Positions 45,352-54,122 of a DNA stretch of 64,000 nucleotides are shown piece after piece. This DNA is from a virus, in the UHGV virus genome UHGV-0209088. One strand, written 5' to 3'. Under the pieces are notes generated by a model that worked only from the letters and a program-made list of their open reading frames with translations, was not told the origin of the DNA and did not search any database. The translations under genes were made by a program, and so were the position numbers. The stretch's first letter is position 1. Every line of letters begins with the position of its first letter.

Positions 45352-46857
45352 ATGGACGCTCAAGCACTACTTCAACAGTTCCAAAACATGGCCCCGGGTG
45401 GCGCTGCCGCGCTGGGTGCCTCTCAGGGCGGCGCGCTCGAAAGTCTGGGCGACCTGTCCAAAGCGCTGCAGGCCAGCAACTACCAGACCGACGTGGCAAC
45501 GCTGGAAGGCGGTGGTGCGCTGGGCGTCCAGTCTCTGGACACCGCGATGAAGACCACCGTGCAGGAGAACGAGCACTTCACTCTGTTCAACCGCCTGCAG
45601 CAGACCAAGGCAACCAACATCGTTGACGAATACGTTCGTCAGACCAACGTCGGCGGCTTCCTTGGCGGTTCCACCAACTCCCAGATGGGCGTGGTTCGCG
45701 CTGCTCAGGGCGAATACAGCCGTGAAGTCGGTCTGGTCAAATTCCTGATGTCTCTCCGCCAGGTCGGCTACGTGCTGAACATCGGCAAGAACATCGTGGA
45801 AGCGACCGCGGTGGAAGAGCGCAACGGCGCCCTCCAGCTGCTGACCGACAGCAACTACCTGCTGTATCATGGTAACGCTGACGCGTCTCCGACCCAGTTC
45901 GATGGTATTTTCAACATCATCGACAAAGAGATTGCCGCTGGCAAAATGTCCGATGACAACGTGATCGACATGCGCGCCAAGCCGCTGAACAGCGTTGAGC
46001 CGCTGTCGAAAATCAACGTTGCTGTAAGCCGTTACGGTTCGTGGGGTCGCTCGACCGACATCTTCCTGCCGAACAGCGTGCAGAACGACCTGAACATGGG
46101 TCTCGACCCGGCATTCCGCTGGATCCCGCAGGGTGGTAACACCCCGATGATCGGCGGCCACGTCGAAGGCATCCGCCTGCAGAACGGCGTGCTGAAAACC
46201 AACATGGATACCTTCATCCACGATGAAGAGAACCCGATGGTTTATCCGTTCGAGCACCACTTCCCGGACATCGCGACCAAAAACGCGGCGTTCAAACCGG
46301 CTGCTGTTGCTGCTGATGCAAGCGCCAGCGCGGTGGATTCCTACTTCGAATCCGGTCACGCTGGTAACTACTACTACGCAGTAGCAGCCATCGGCGCTGG
46401 CGGCGAAGGCCAGACCCAGATCGTCAAAACCACTCAGACTGCGGTCGCCGCAGGCAAGAAAGTGGTTCTGACCATCACCCAGTCCGCAGCTGGCACTGAA
46501 TCTGGCTATGCGATCTACCGCAGCCGCCAGAACGGCACCAACAACACGGACGACCTGCGTCTGGTCAAGGTCATCGCGAAGACTGGTGCTACCACCACCT
46601 TCACCGACCTGAACCGCGACATCCCGGGCACCGTGTGCGTTCCTCTGCTGAACATGGGTCCGTCTGCCGACGCAATCGGCTGGCGCCAGTTCCAGCCGAT
46701 GATTAAGATCCCGCTGCCGTTCGGTATCGGTGGTATGCCGGTCATCAGCTGGTTCCAGTTCCTGTTCGGTTACCTGCGTGTGACCAAGCCGAAGCACCAC
46801 GGCTACATCAAGAACATTCTGCCGAGCCAAGCCACCTGGCGCCCGTTCGCGGAATAA
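45352..46857 (+). CDS. major capsid protein (501 aa)
   Basis: position after scaffold, strong RBS gaggac, followed by terminator. Confidence 0.7.
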   Translation: MDAQALLQQFQNMAPGGAAALGASQGGALESLGDLSKALQASNYQTDVATLEGGGALGVQSLDTAMKTTVQENEHFTLFNRLQQTKATNIVDEYVRQTNVGGFLGGSTNSQMGVVRAAQGEYSREVGLVKFLMSLRQVGYVLNIGKNIVEATAVEERNGALQLLTDSNYLLYHGNADASPTQFDGIFNIIDKEIAAGKMSDDNVIDMRAKPLNSVEPLSKINVAVSRYGSWGRSTDIFLPNSVQNDLNMGLDPAFRWIPQGGNTPMIGGHVEGIRLQNGVLKTNMDTFIHDEENPMVYPFEHHFPDIATKNAAFKPAAVAADASASAVDSYFESGHAGNYYYAVAAIGAGGEGQTQIVKTTQTAVAAGKKVVLTITQSAAGTESGYAIYRSRQNGTNNTDDLRLVKVIAKTGATTTFTDLNRDIPGTVCVPLLNMGPSADAIGWRQFQPMIKIPLPFGIGGMPVISWFQFLFGYLRVTKPKHHGYIKNILPSQATWRPFAE

Positions 46858-46874
46858 TTCTCCAGCTCAACCGG

Positions 46875-46904
46875 GTGCTGCACGGCACCCGGTCCTTTTT
46901 GAAG
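46875..46904 (+). terminator. rho-independent terminator after capsid gene
   Basis: ccgggtgctgcacggcacccgg + TCCTTTTTG. Confidence 0.6.
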
Positions 46905-46914
46905 GAAAGCTATA

Positions 46915-47319
46915 ATGTCGAAGATTATTTGCCTGCTGGAGAACGCCAGCGACCTGATCAATGGCATCAAATTCGGCCCTGTCGAAGGCGTCGAAGGTCT
47001 GGTGTCCGAGGAAGTGAGCGAATCCGTTGCCGACCTCTTCCTCAGCATCCCCGGCTATGTGCTGCACGGTGCTGAAGGTGAAGAGGGGGGTAACACTGAC
47101 GCCGCTGGAACAGAAACCGCTCCGGCCCCGGCTCCTAAGCCTGAAACCGCAGCCCAGCGCAAGGCTCGCCTGAAGGCTGAGCAGGAAGCTGCCGAGAAGG
47201 CCGCGGCGGAAGAAGCCGCCCGCAAGGCTGCCGAAGAGGAAGCCCAGAAGCAGGCCGCTGAAGAACCCGCTGACAACGCTGATGCCGGCAACGGCGAAGG
47301 CGAGAACGAAGTATTCTAA
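46915..47319 (+). CDS. head-associated Ala/Glu-rich protein (possible decoration protein, 134 aa)
   Basis: RBS ggaaag; low-complexity AEEAARKAAEEEAQK tail. Confidence 0.5.
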   Translation: MSKIICLLENASDLINGIKFGPVEGVEGLVSEEVSESVADLFLSIPGYVLHGAEGEEGGNTDAAGTETAPAPAPKPETAAQRKARLKAEQEAAEKAAAEEAARKAAEEEAQKQAAEEPADNADAGNGEGENEVF

Positions 47320-47330
47320 CCGGAGGCCAA

Positions 47331-47564
47331 ATGGCTATCACTCAAGCTCAGAAAGACGAGGTTTCCAAACTGCTGGACAACCTCAATCTCGGCACGAAAA
47401 AGGCCGAGGTCGGCAAGAAGATCCTCGCTCTCATTGAAGAAGCGAGTGGTGGAATTAGCCAGGGCGTCGCTGTTCCAGACGCAGCCGGTGCAGCACCGAC
47501 CGCAGCGGAGTTCAAAGCTCTGCTCGACAGCCTGCGCGGTTCCGGCGCCATCGCTGCCTCGTAA
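47331..47564 (+). CDS. hypothetical small head protein (77 aa)
   Basis: RBS ggagg. Confidence 0.5.
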   Translation: MAITQAQKDEVSKLLDNLNLGTKKAEVGKKILALIEEASGGISQGVAVPDAAGAAPTAAEFKALLDSLRGSGAIAAS

Positions 47565-47585
47565 GCAGCCGCAATATGACAAATT

Positions 47586-47609
47586 GGCCGCTGCGTGCGG
47601 CCTTTTTTA
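47586..47609 (+). terminator. intra-operon rho-independent terminator (ggccgctgcgtgcggcc + TTTTTTAT)
   Basis: hairpin plus T-run between head genes. Confidence 0.6.
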
Positions 47610-47621
47610 TAGGGGCATTCC

Positions 47622-48704
47622 ATGACCACACTCATTGCCGGAAACGCTGCCAAATTCACCGTCGAAGTTCTGGCGGATGGCAACCCGATCCCTGTCTCAG
47701 GTTCCGTGCAGGCCACCATCTTCAAGATGGATGGGCGGACGCAGCTGGTTGAGCAATTCGATTTGACGGAGACAGCCGGCTGGGCCAACGGCGCCGTCGA
47801 AGTCGAGCTCACTGCCGAGCAGGCGGCAAACCTCTCACCCGGGGAAGCCATGCTGGCGCTGATCGGCAGCTTTGGCATCCGCCGCTACCGTCTGGCCGTT
47901 GAGACGCTGCTGTCACCGACCCGCACCTCCCTGTTCATCAAGGATATCGTCGTGGGAGATATCCGCCGCGAGCAGCTGATGGCGGCCGCTGCCGGCGTCC
48001 TGCAGGACGTGAAAATCACCGATGACTACATCTGGAACAAGGTTCGCGCCGCGGAATCCGAGATCGCCCACCGCCTCCGCGTTCCCCTGGTGCCGACGCG
48101 GTTCTTCCCGACCGAGCCGACGCAGGAGCAAATCGATGCCCTCGATGGCATGGCCTGGGAGCACGAGGTTGGCTACGACTACACGCCGGATATGTTTGAG
48201 CGCGATAAGTGGGGTTTCATTGTTACCCGCCAGCGCCCGGTCATCTCCGTCGAGCGCCTGCGGTTCTCCATGCCGTCCGCCGATGGCTCCTATTTCGACA
48301 TCCCGAAGGACTGGATCCGCATTGATGCCAAATACGGGCACCTGCGCATCCTGCCGACCACGAACGCGAGCCTGATTACGACCAGCGTGATGGGGATGAC
48401 GATGCTGAGCTGGCACAGCGTCATTCCGACCATGATCCAGCTCGAGTACACGGCTGGCCTGACGAACGTGGCGGACACGTACCCCGAGCTGATTGATGCC
48501 ATCAAAAAGCAGGCGGTATGCAAGATCGTTGCAGAGGCGTTCCTGCCGCAGTCCAGCTCCATCAACGCTGACGGCCTGAGCCAGTCCCTGTCCGTGGATG
48601 TGGGGAAATATCAGGACAGCATCGACCACATCATTGACGGCCCTGACGGTTCCAACGGCGGTCTTCAGGCGAAGATCAACGGCATCCGTTCAATGGTCAT
48701 CTAA
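47622..48704 (+). CDS. hypothetical structural protein (360 aa), likely head completion/neck
   Basis: position between head and tail genes. Confidence 0.55.
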   Translation: MTTLIAGNAAKFTVEVLADGNPIPVSGSVQATIFKMDGRTQLVEQFDLTETAGWANGAVEVELTAEQAANLSPGEAMLALIGSFGIRRYRLAVETLLSPTRTSLFIKDIVVGDIRREQLMAAAAGVLQDVKITDDYIWNKVRAAESEIAHRLRVPLVPTRFFPTEPTQEQIDALDGMAWEHEVGYDYTPDMFERDKWGFIVTRQRPVISVERLRFSMPSADGSYFDIPKDWIRIDAKYGHLRILPTTNASLITTSVMGMTMLSWHSVIPTMIQLEYTAGLTNVADTYPELIDAIKKQAVCKIVAEAFLPQSSSINADGLSQSLSVDVGKYQDSIDHIIDGPDGSNGGLQAKINGIRSMVI

Positions 48705-48713
48705 GGGGGCGCT

Positions 48714-49379
48714 ATGCGTTTCAATCGCGAGGCGTTCAATCGCCACCTCAATAACATCGGGCAGAAGGTCATCTGGCGGGCGTCATACGCCTGCCCATGC
48801 ACCAACCCGAACAGCGGCGCAGCAGATCCAAAATGCCCGCTCTGCATCGGTATTGGCCGCATCTGGGAGAAGGGAGTAGAGACCACTGTCGGCATAGCTT
48901 CCCAGAAAACTCAGGAGCGCTGGGCCAAACTGGGGATGTACGAGACCGGTGATATGGTGCTCTCAGTCCCTGAGAACAGCCCGATGTGGGATCGAGGTGG
49001 CCAGTTCGATCGGGTAATGACATTGAATGGTCTGGACGGGTTCTCGGAAGTTCTCACCCGCGGCGCGCCGACAGAAAGGCTACGCACGCCGGTGAATTCC
49101 ATCAGCCGGGTATTCTGGCGGAGCAAAGCCGATCCACGGGTTATGGTGGAGGGAGGGATCCCGACTGTGGACGAGAATGGGCGCCTGACCTGGACCGGGA
49201 ACGAGCCACCGCCAGGAACGGCCTACTCGATCACCGGCGACCGGTTCAGCGAGTATTTCATGCTCGACGCGTACCCGTCAGACCGCAACCAGCACAGCGG
49301 TATGCGGCTTCCGAAAAACGTAGTTCTGCGGAAATGGCACCTGTATGGGCGCGCGGCGCGAACGCCGGCTACTTCTTAG
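48714..49379 (+). CDS. hypothetical structural protein with CPC...CPLC motif (221 aa)
   Basis: RBS aaggggg. Confidence 0.55.
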   Translation: MRFNREAFNRHLNNIGQKVIWRASYACPCTNPNSGAADPKCPLCIGIGRIWEKGVETTVGIASQKTQERWAKLGMYETGDMVLSVPENSPMWDRGGQFDRVMTLNGLDGFSEVLTRGAPTERLRTPVNSISRVFWRSKADPRVMVEGGIPTVDENGRLTWTGNEPPPGTAYSITGDRFSEYFMLDAYPSDRNQHSGMRLPKNVVLRKWHLYGRAARTPATS

Positions 49380-50241
49380 CGAGCGTCTTCTTGATGGCCT
49401 GTTGAAACGCGAGATTGGCTTTTGGCTTCATATCGTTGACCACGCCCTCGACAATCTTCAGGCCACCCTTTGGCGGCACGATCCAGCCCTTCGATTTCTC
49501 ACTCATCGTCCTGAACGTCAGGTAGGCGCTGCTCTTCGCGCCTCCAGGCGTGCTGGTCTCAAACCGGTACATTCCGGCGTGCGGGTCGGATTTGTGGTGC
49601 GGCTTCAGCTTCTGCGACAGACCAGCTGGCAGTCTCTGGCCCCACGAGTAGGTGTTCTGCGGTACCGTGAGGAACTGCTTGGATTTGATGTCCATGGCGT
49701 TGAGGCCGGAGACGCGTGTCGTCTGACCCGTGACCATCGATGCTTCAAGATTCTTCGCAATGTCGTAGATGCTGGGAGGCATGGAGCTGGCCAGCGCGTC
49801 ATTGCCGGGCGTGTTATGGCGGAACGGGATGTAGAGGAACCTGGCACCCTTGCTGCTGACGCGCACTTTCAGGCTCGTGTTGAGCATCTTTTTCAGGTCG
49901 CGCGCCGGGCGGCCGTTCTCGATCTCTTCGGCGTATTTGTAGGTCGCCACCACCTCGCCGCTGAAATCGCCCGTCATCTTCCACGAGATCGACTTCACAT
50001 AGGCATCTTTCTCCCCGCTCCAGAGCTTCGCCGCGTAGACGGCTTCCGTCCAGTTGTACGCGGTCTGGGCCGTGACAGCCCGCACCGCCTGGTTGAGCAG
50101 TGGGAAGACTTCTTTGTTGACGACCTTCAGCATGTCCAGCTGCGCGCCGAGGTCGAAAGAGATCGAGAATTTCAGGTCTGCCATGTCTTTGATTGTCGCG
50201 TCACGAGGTCGTGACGGCACAATTTTATGCATGATAAGCAT
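49369..50241 (-). CDS. hypothetical protein encoded antisense to the morphogenesis operon (290 aa; alternative start 50184)
   Basis: non-repetitive 290-aa ORF; the same-region plus-strand ORF is Arg-rich junk; convergent 11-nt overlap with upstream gene and CATG start-codon overlap with downstream gene. Confidence 0.5.
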   Translation of the reverse strand: MLIMHKIVPSRPRDATIKDMADLKFSISFDLGAQLDMLKVVNKEVFPLLNQAVRAVTAQTAYNWTEAVYAAKLWSGEKDAYVKSISWKMTGDFSGEVVATYKYAEEIENGRPARDLKKMLNTSLKVRVSSKGARFLYIPFRHNTPGNDALASSMPPSIYDIAKNLEASMVTGQTTRVSGLNAMDIKSKQFLTVPQNTYSWGQRLPAGLSQKLKPHHKSDPHAGMYRFETSTPGGAKSSAYLTFRTMSEKSKGWIVPPKGGLKIVEGVVNDMKPKANLAFQQAIKKTLAKK

Positions 50242-51064
50242 GATTCAGCCGATCGCCATCGGCAACGCCCTCAAGCTGTTCCTGACTCCGCCTGCAGATG
50301 CGGAGTATTGGCGCGTGCTACGGAAGGGAACGGACGACATCGCCGGTCCTGACGATGAATACGCGCTTGTCGCCTACGAGGGCGATGAGCGGGCGTTTGT
50401 GGATTGTGCGTCGCTCCAGAACGAGATCAGGGCGTATTACACGCCGTTTTATCGCGTTAATGGTGCGTGGGTTCGCGGGCAGGGCAATTACGGCACGCCT
50501 GCGCCGACCTATGAGGACTACAGCACAGAGGTTCTTTCGCTTCTGCGTGACCGCCTCGAGGCCGGGCTCACGGTCGAGGTCGAGCGCGGCAACCTGATGA
50601 ACGAGCTGGGGTACATCCAGGTTCTGACGGCTCCGCCGCAGATGAACATGAACATTTCGTTCCCACTGGTGACGGTCACACTGGAAGAGGAATCTCCTTC
50701 AATCCGAGGTATCGGTGACGACATTTCCGGCGAATACCTCGATGAGGAAGATGACACCTGGCTGGAAGAGAATGGATGGCTGGCGAATGTCCGCCTGAAC
50801 ATGGTCGGCTGGTCCCTCAACCCGGATGAGCGCATCGAGCTGCGCAAGGCAATTCGCCGGGTGATCGTGGGCAACCTTAATGTGTTCGCTGACAAGGGCA
50901 TTATCCTCCCGAACCTGACCCTGAGCGACACAGACGCTGTAAACGGCGAGTACGGCGACACGCCGCTTTACCTGGTGATGGGTGACTTCACCTGCACCGC
51001 TCCTGTCCGTGTGGGCCATATGGCTGGCGGCACAATCAAAGATATTGACGTTGAGGCTCAATAG
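50231..51064 (+). CDS. hypothetical tail-associated protein (277 aa; start at MISMIQ)
   Basis: in-frame ATG 50231/50240 after antisense gene; acidic segment. Confidence 0.55.
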   Translation: MISMIQPIAIGNALKLFLTPPADAEYWRVLRKGTDDIAGPDDEYALVAYEGDERAFVDCASLQNEIRAYYTPFYRVNGAWVRGQGNYGTPAPTYEDYSTEVLSLLRDRLEAGLTVEVERGNLMNELGYIQVLTAPPQMNMNISFPLVTVTLEEESPSIRGIGDDISGEYLDEEDDTWLEENGWLANVRLNMVGWSLNPDERIELRKAIRRVIVGNLNVFADKGIILPNLTLSDTDAVNGEYGDTPLYLVMGDFTCTAPVRVGHMAGGTIKDIDVEAQ

Positions 51065-51065
51065 A

Positions 51066-51278
51066 ATGGCAAAAAATGAAACCGTCGCAGTGGCGACACC
51101 TGAACCAGTGAGTGAACCGCTGTCTCTGAATGAGTTTTGCATCCGCCTGTCCACGAAGGACAAGCGCGTGGAGCTCATCGGCGGCTTTGAGCACTCCGAA
51201 CGTGTGGCCGGTCGCCTGCGCGATACCGCAGAGAGTTACGCGGCGCGCTACGCCCAATTCCTCAATCAGCCTGCATAA
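51066..51278 (+). CDS. hypothetical small protein (70 aa)
   Basis: ATG 2 nt after previous stop. Confidence 0.5.
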   Translation: MAKNETVAVATPEPVSEPLSLNEFCIRLSTKDKRVELIGGFEHSERVAGRLRDTAESYAARYAQFLNQPA

Positions 51279-51291
51279 TAGAGGTCATTAA

Positions 51292-53004
51292 ATGACTGTA
51301 TTTTTCAACGGGCAACGTCTGGTGACGCCCGTAACTGCATCGGCGGTCAATGATGACGCTATGCAGAGCCAGAACCTGACGGTGGGCAATGCGCTGGCGA
51401 TTGTCGGCAAAGCCACCGGTGGCAAACCCAAAACGGCGCTGGCCTTCGGCAGCCCTGAGCAGGCACGTCGCGTTCTGCGCAGCGGCGAACTGCTGGATGC
51501 CGTCATGGCGGCGTTCGATCCGTCCGACGACACCGGCGCTCCGTCCACGGTCTATGCCGTTCGCGTCAACCCGGCACTACAGGCGTCACTGGCGCTGAAA
51601 AATGCCGCCAGCGCGACCGTCATCAACCTGACCTCCGCCAACTACGGTCTGGCCGACAACCAGATCAAGGTGAAGGTGGAAAATGGCGCCCTGAGCGGCA
51701 AGACCATCAGCGTTGCCTACGGCACTGACTACCTGCACGGCGACAACATCGGTCGCGCGGCGTTCTCCGTCCAGTACACAGGGACTGAAACCACGGCCAA
51801 GCTGACTGTGGCAGCCGATAAGCTGACGCTGACTGCCGGCTCAACGGCTGCGGTCGAGATCAAGTTCTCCGATTTCGCGACCGTTGCGGCTGTCGTGGAC
51901 AAAATCAACTCTCTGGGCGGCTATACCGCTGAGGTTCTGGAGCGCAGCGACAACCAGGCCACGCTGAACGGCCTCGATTTCGTTGCCGATCAGGATGTGA
52001 AGACCGCTGTCTACACCGTCCGCGCTGACCTGCAGGCCATCATCGACTGGTTCAACAACGTTGCCTTCGAATACGTGACCGCATCCCGTCCGGACGCAGT
52101 AGGCACCGTGCCGGCGAACGTCCCGTACACCTTCCTGACCGGGGGCACTGACGGTAACACCGTTACGACCGACTGGTATGACGGTCTCGTGGCGTTGCAG
52201 AACAAAGATGTGCAGTGGGTGGCCGCTGCCACTGGCGATGCTGCCATTCATGCGCTGGTCGATACCCACGTCGATTTCGCGTCCGGTCCACTGCGCCGCG
52301 AGCGCCGCGCTATCCTCGGCACCGGTCTGGCAACCACTGACGCGCAGGCACTGTCCGCCGCCAAAGCGCTGAACAGCAAGCGCACGTCGCTGGTTCACAT
52401 CGGGCACTACAAGTACGCCATCAACGGCAAGCTGGAGCTGCGCCCGGCGTACATGACCGCCGCCCTGATCGCCGCTGGCTTTGCCGGTTCCAACCCGGGC
52501 ACGCCGCTGACCAACAAGTCGCTGAAGGTCCAGGGTCTGGAGCGCGACCTGCTGAACCCGACCGATACCGACGAGCTGTTGCTTGGCGGCGTTCTCCCGG
52601 TGGAGAATACCGACTCCGGGTACAAAGTTACTCAGTCCATTACCACCTGGCTGGGCGACGATAAGTACAACAACCGCGAACAGAGCTGCGGCGCCGCGCT
52701 GGACTTCACCGTCCGCAACGTCCGTGATGCACTGGACGTGCTGCGCGGTACGAAGAGCAACCCGATCCTGCTGTCCCGTGCGATCGCCACCGCGAAATCC
52801 ACGCTCACGGAGCTGGCGCGCGACGAGCCGCAGGGTCCTGGTGTTCTGGCCGGTGACGACGCAAGCCCGGCGTTCCGCAACATCACGGCCGCCATTGAAG
52901 GTGACTCGCTGCGCGTTCAGTTCGAATGCTCTCCGGTCATCCCGAACAACTACATCCTGGTCACCGTGTACGCGAAACCGTACAGCGGCTCGGCTACGGC
53001 ATAA
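51292..53004 (+). CDS. contractile tail sheath protein (570 aa)
   Basis: size, position before tube gene, sheath-like C-terminal region, RBS gaggt. Confidence 0.8.
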   Translation: MTVFFNGQRLVTPVTASAVNDDAMQSQNLTVGNALAIVGKATGGKPKTALAFGSPEQARRVLRSGELLDAVMAAFDPSDDTGAPSTVYAVRVNPALQASLALKNAASATVINLTSANYGLADNQIKVKVENGALSGKTISVAYGTDYLHGDNIGRAAFSVQYTGTETTAKLTVAADKLTLTAGSTAAVEIKFSDFATVAAVVDKINSLGGYTAEVLERSDNQATLNGLDFVADQDVKTAVYTVRADLQAIIDWFNNVAFEYVTASRPDAVGTVPANVPYTFLTGGTDGNTVTTDWYDGLVALQNKDVQWVAAATGDAAIHALVDTHVDFASGPLRRERRAILGTGLATTDAQALSAAKALNSKRTSLVHIGHYKYAINGKLELRPAYMTAALIAAGFAGSNPGTPLTNKSLKVQGLERDLLNPTDTDELLLGGVLPVENTDSGYKVTQSITTWLGDDKYNNREQSCGAALDFTVRNVRDALDVLRGTKSNPILLSRAIATAKSTLTELARDEPQGPGVLAGDDASPAFRNITAAIEGDSLRVQFECSPVIPNNYILVTVYAKPYSGSATA

Positions 53005-53017
53005 TTGGAGCTGACAC

Positions 53018-53443
53018 ATGGCTATGAAGCAAAACCGCAATGTGCGCTCCGGCAACCAGATCAAGGTCTTCTTCGGCGGTATCGAAGTTGGTCTGGTACA
53101 GTCCGTGAGCGCCAACGATGACTACGCGCCGGAACCGGCGTCCGGCATCGGTGACATCCACGTTCAGGAGTACGTGCCGACCATGGCCCGTCACTCGCTC
53201 AGCGTCAGTTTCATGATCCTGCGCAAGGACAAGCTGGCGGAGGCGGGCATCATCCCTGAGAACGGCGACGCAGTTCTCCAGGGTTACGTGTTCGACCTCG
53301 AGCAGTACGACACCGTGTCTGGTGACCTCCTGCGCAAATACACCGGCTGCTCTTATGCCTCCGGTAGCGTGGAAACCACGAAACACGCCATCGTGACCCG
53401 TTCTGCGCAGTTCAACGCGCTGGATGTCTCTGGCGGCAACTAA
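53018..53443 (+). CDS. tail tube protein (141 aa)
   Basis: size/position after sheath, followed by strong terminator. Confidence 0.75.
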   Translation: MAMKQNRNVRSGNQIKVFFGGIEVGLVQSVSANDDYAPEPASGIGDIHVQEYVPTMARHSLSVSFMILRKDKLAEAGIIPENGDAVLQGYVFDLEQYDTVSGDLLRKYTGCSYASGSVETTKHAIVTRSAQFNALDVSGGN

Positions 53444-53454
53444 TTGCCCGATAA

Positions 53455-53487
53455 GCCGCCGCTCTCACAGGGCGGCGCTTTTTTTAT
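53455..53487 (+). terminator. rho-independent terminator after sheath-tube pair
   Basis: gccgccgctctcacagggcggcgc + TTTTTTTA. Confidence 0.7.
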
Positions 53488-53498
53488 CCATTTGAGGA

Positions 53499-53867
53499 AT
53501 GAGTATGGCCCGCAGACCGCAAACAACCGACTTCACCGTGCCTGTTGACGGCATCGGTACGTTCACCTTTGGCCGCCGCACTATGGCCGATGAGATCAAA
53601 ATTCAGGTCGAGTACGCCCGCATTATCGAAGGCGTAGAGCCGACCGAATGGCTGTCCCGCGTCGGCGGCTGGATCTCCACTCTGAAGGTCATGACTGTCC
53701 GCGCTCCGGACGGCTGGGACATTGATGAAATGGATCCTCTGGATGAGACGGTCTACGAGAATATGATGCTCGTATACCTGGCATTGAGGGCCAAGGAAGA
53801 CTCCTTTCGCAGAAAACCAGGAACGGGCAGCGAAGCGGGCGGCGAAGCTCAGAGCCCAAACAATTGA
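53499..53867 (+). CDS. tail assembly chaperone (gpG-like, 122 aa)
   Basis: position between tube and tape measure; followed by open +1 frame to 54120. Confidence 0.6.
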   Translation: MSMARRPQTTDFTVPVDGIGTFTFGRRTMADEIKIQVEYARIIEGVEPTEWLSRVGGWISTLKVMTVRAPDGWDIDEMDPLDETVYENMMLVYLALRAKEDSFRRKPGTGSEAGGEAQSPNN

Positions 53868-54120
53868 TTTCTGGTACCGGCAGAAGTACCGCCTGACAAT
53901 CAACGACCCGCGCTTTCTGAACACTACAGAAGAAGAGCGCGTGACGGAATACTGGGCCTATCGCTACTTCGAAGATCCAAACCTCGCAAACGAAATCGAG
54001 GATGAGGGCTTCGACGCAGAAGAGATTCTGGAACAGATTGAGGCGGAGGCAGAAGCCAAGGCAACGAACACCGCTTCACCTGAGCATCTGGCTGACCCTG
54101 ACGACTGGGAAACCCTTTAA
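53805..54120 (+). CDS. putative frameshift extension of tail assembly chaperone (gpGT-like), +1 frame
   Basis: acidic coding-like ORF with no ATG start (a GTG exists at ~53940) in frame +1 overlapping end of chaperone; -1 frame is closed. Confidence 0.35.
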
Positions 54121-54122
54121 AT

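Noticed and set aside
45367-46830. 487-aa minus-strand ORF antisense to capsid gene
   Set aside because: Mirror ORF of a highly expressed GC-rich gene; plus strand has RBS, terminator and operon context.
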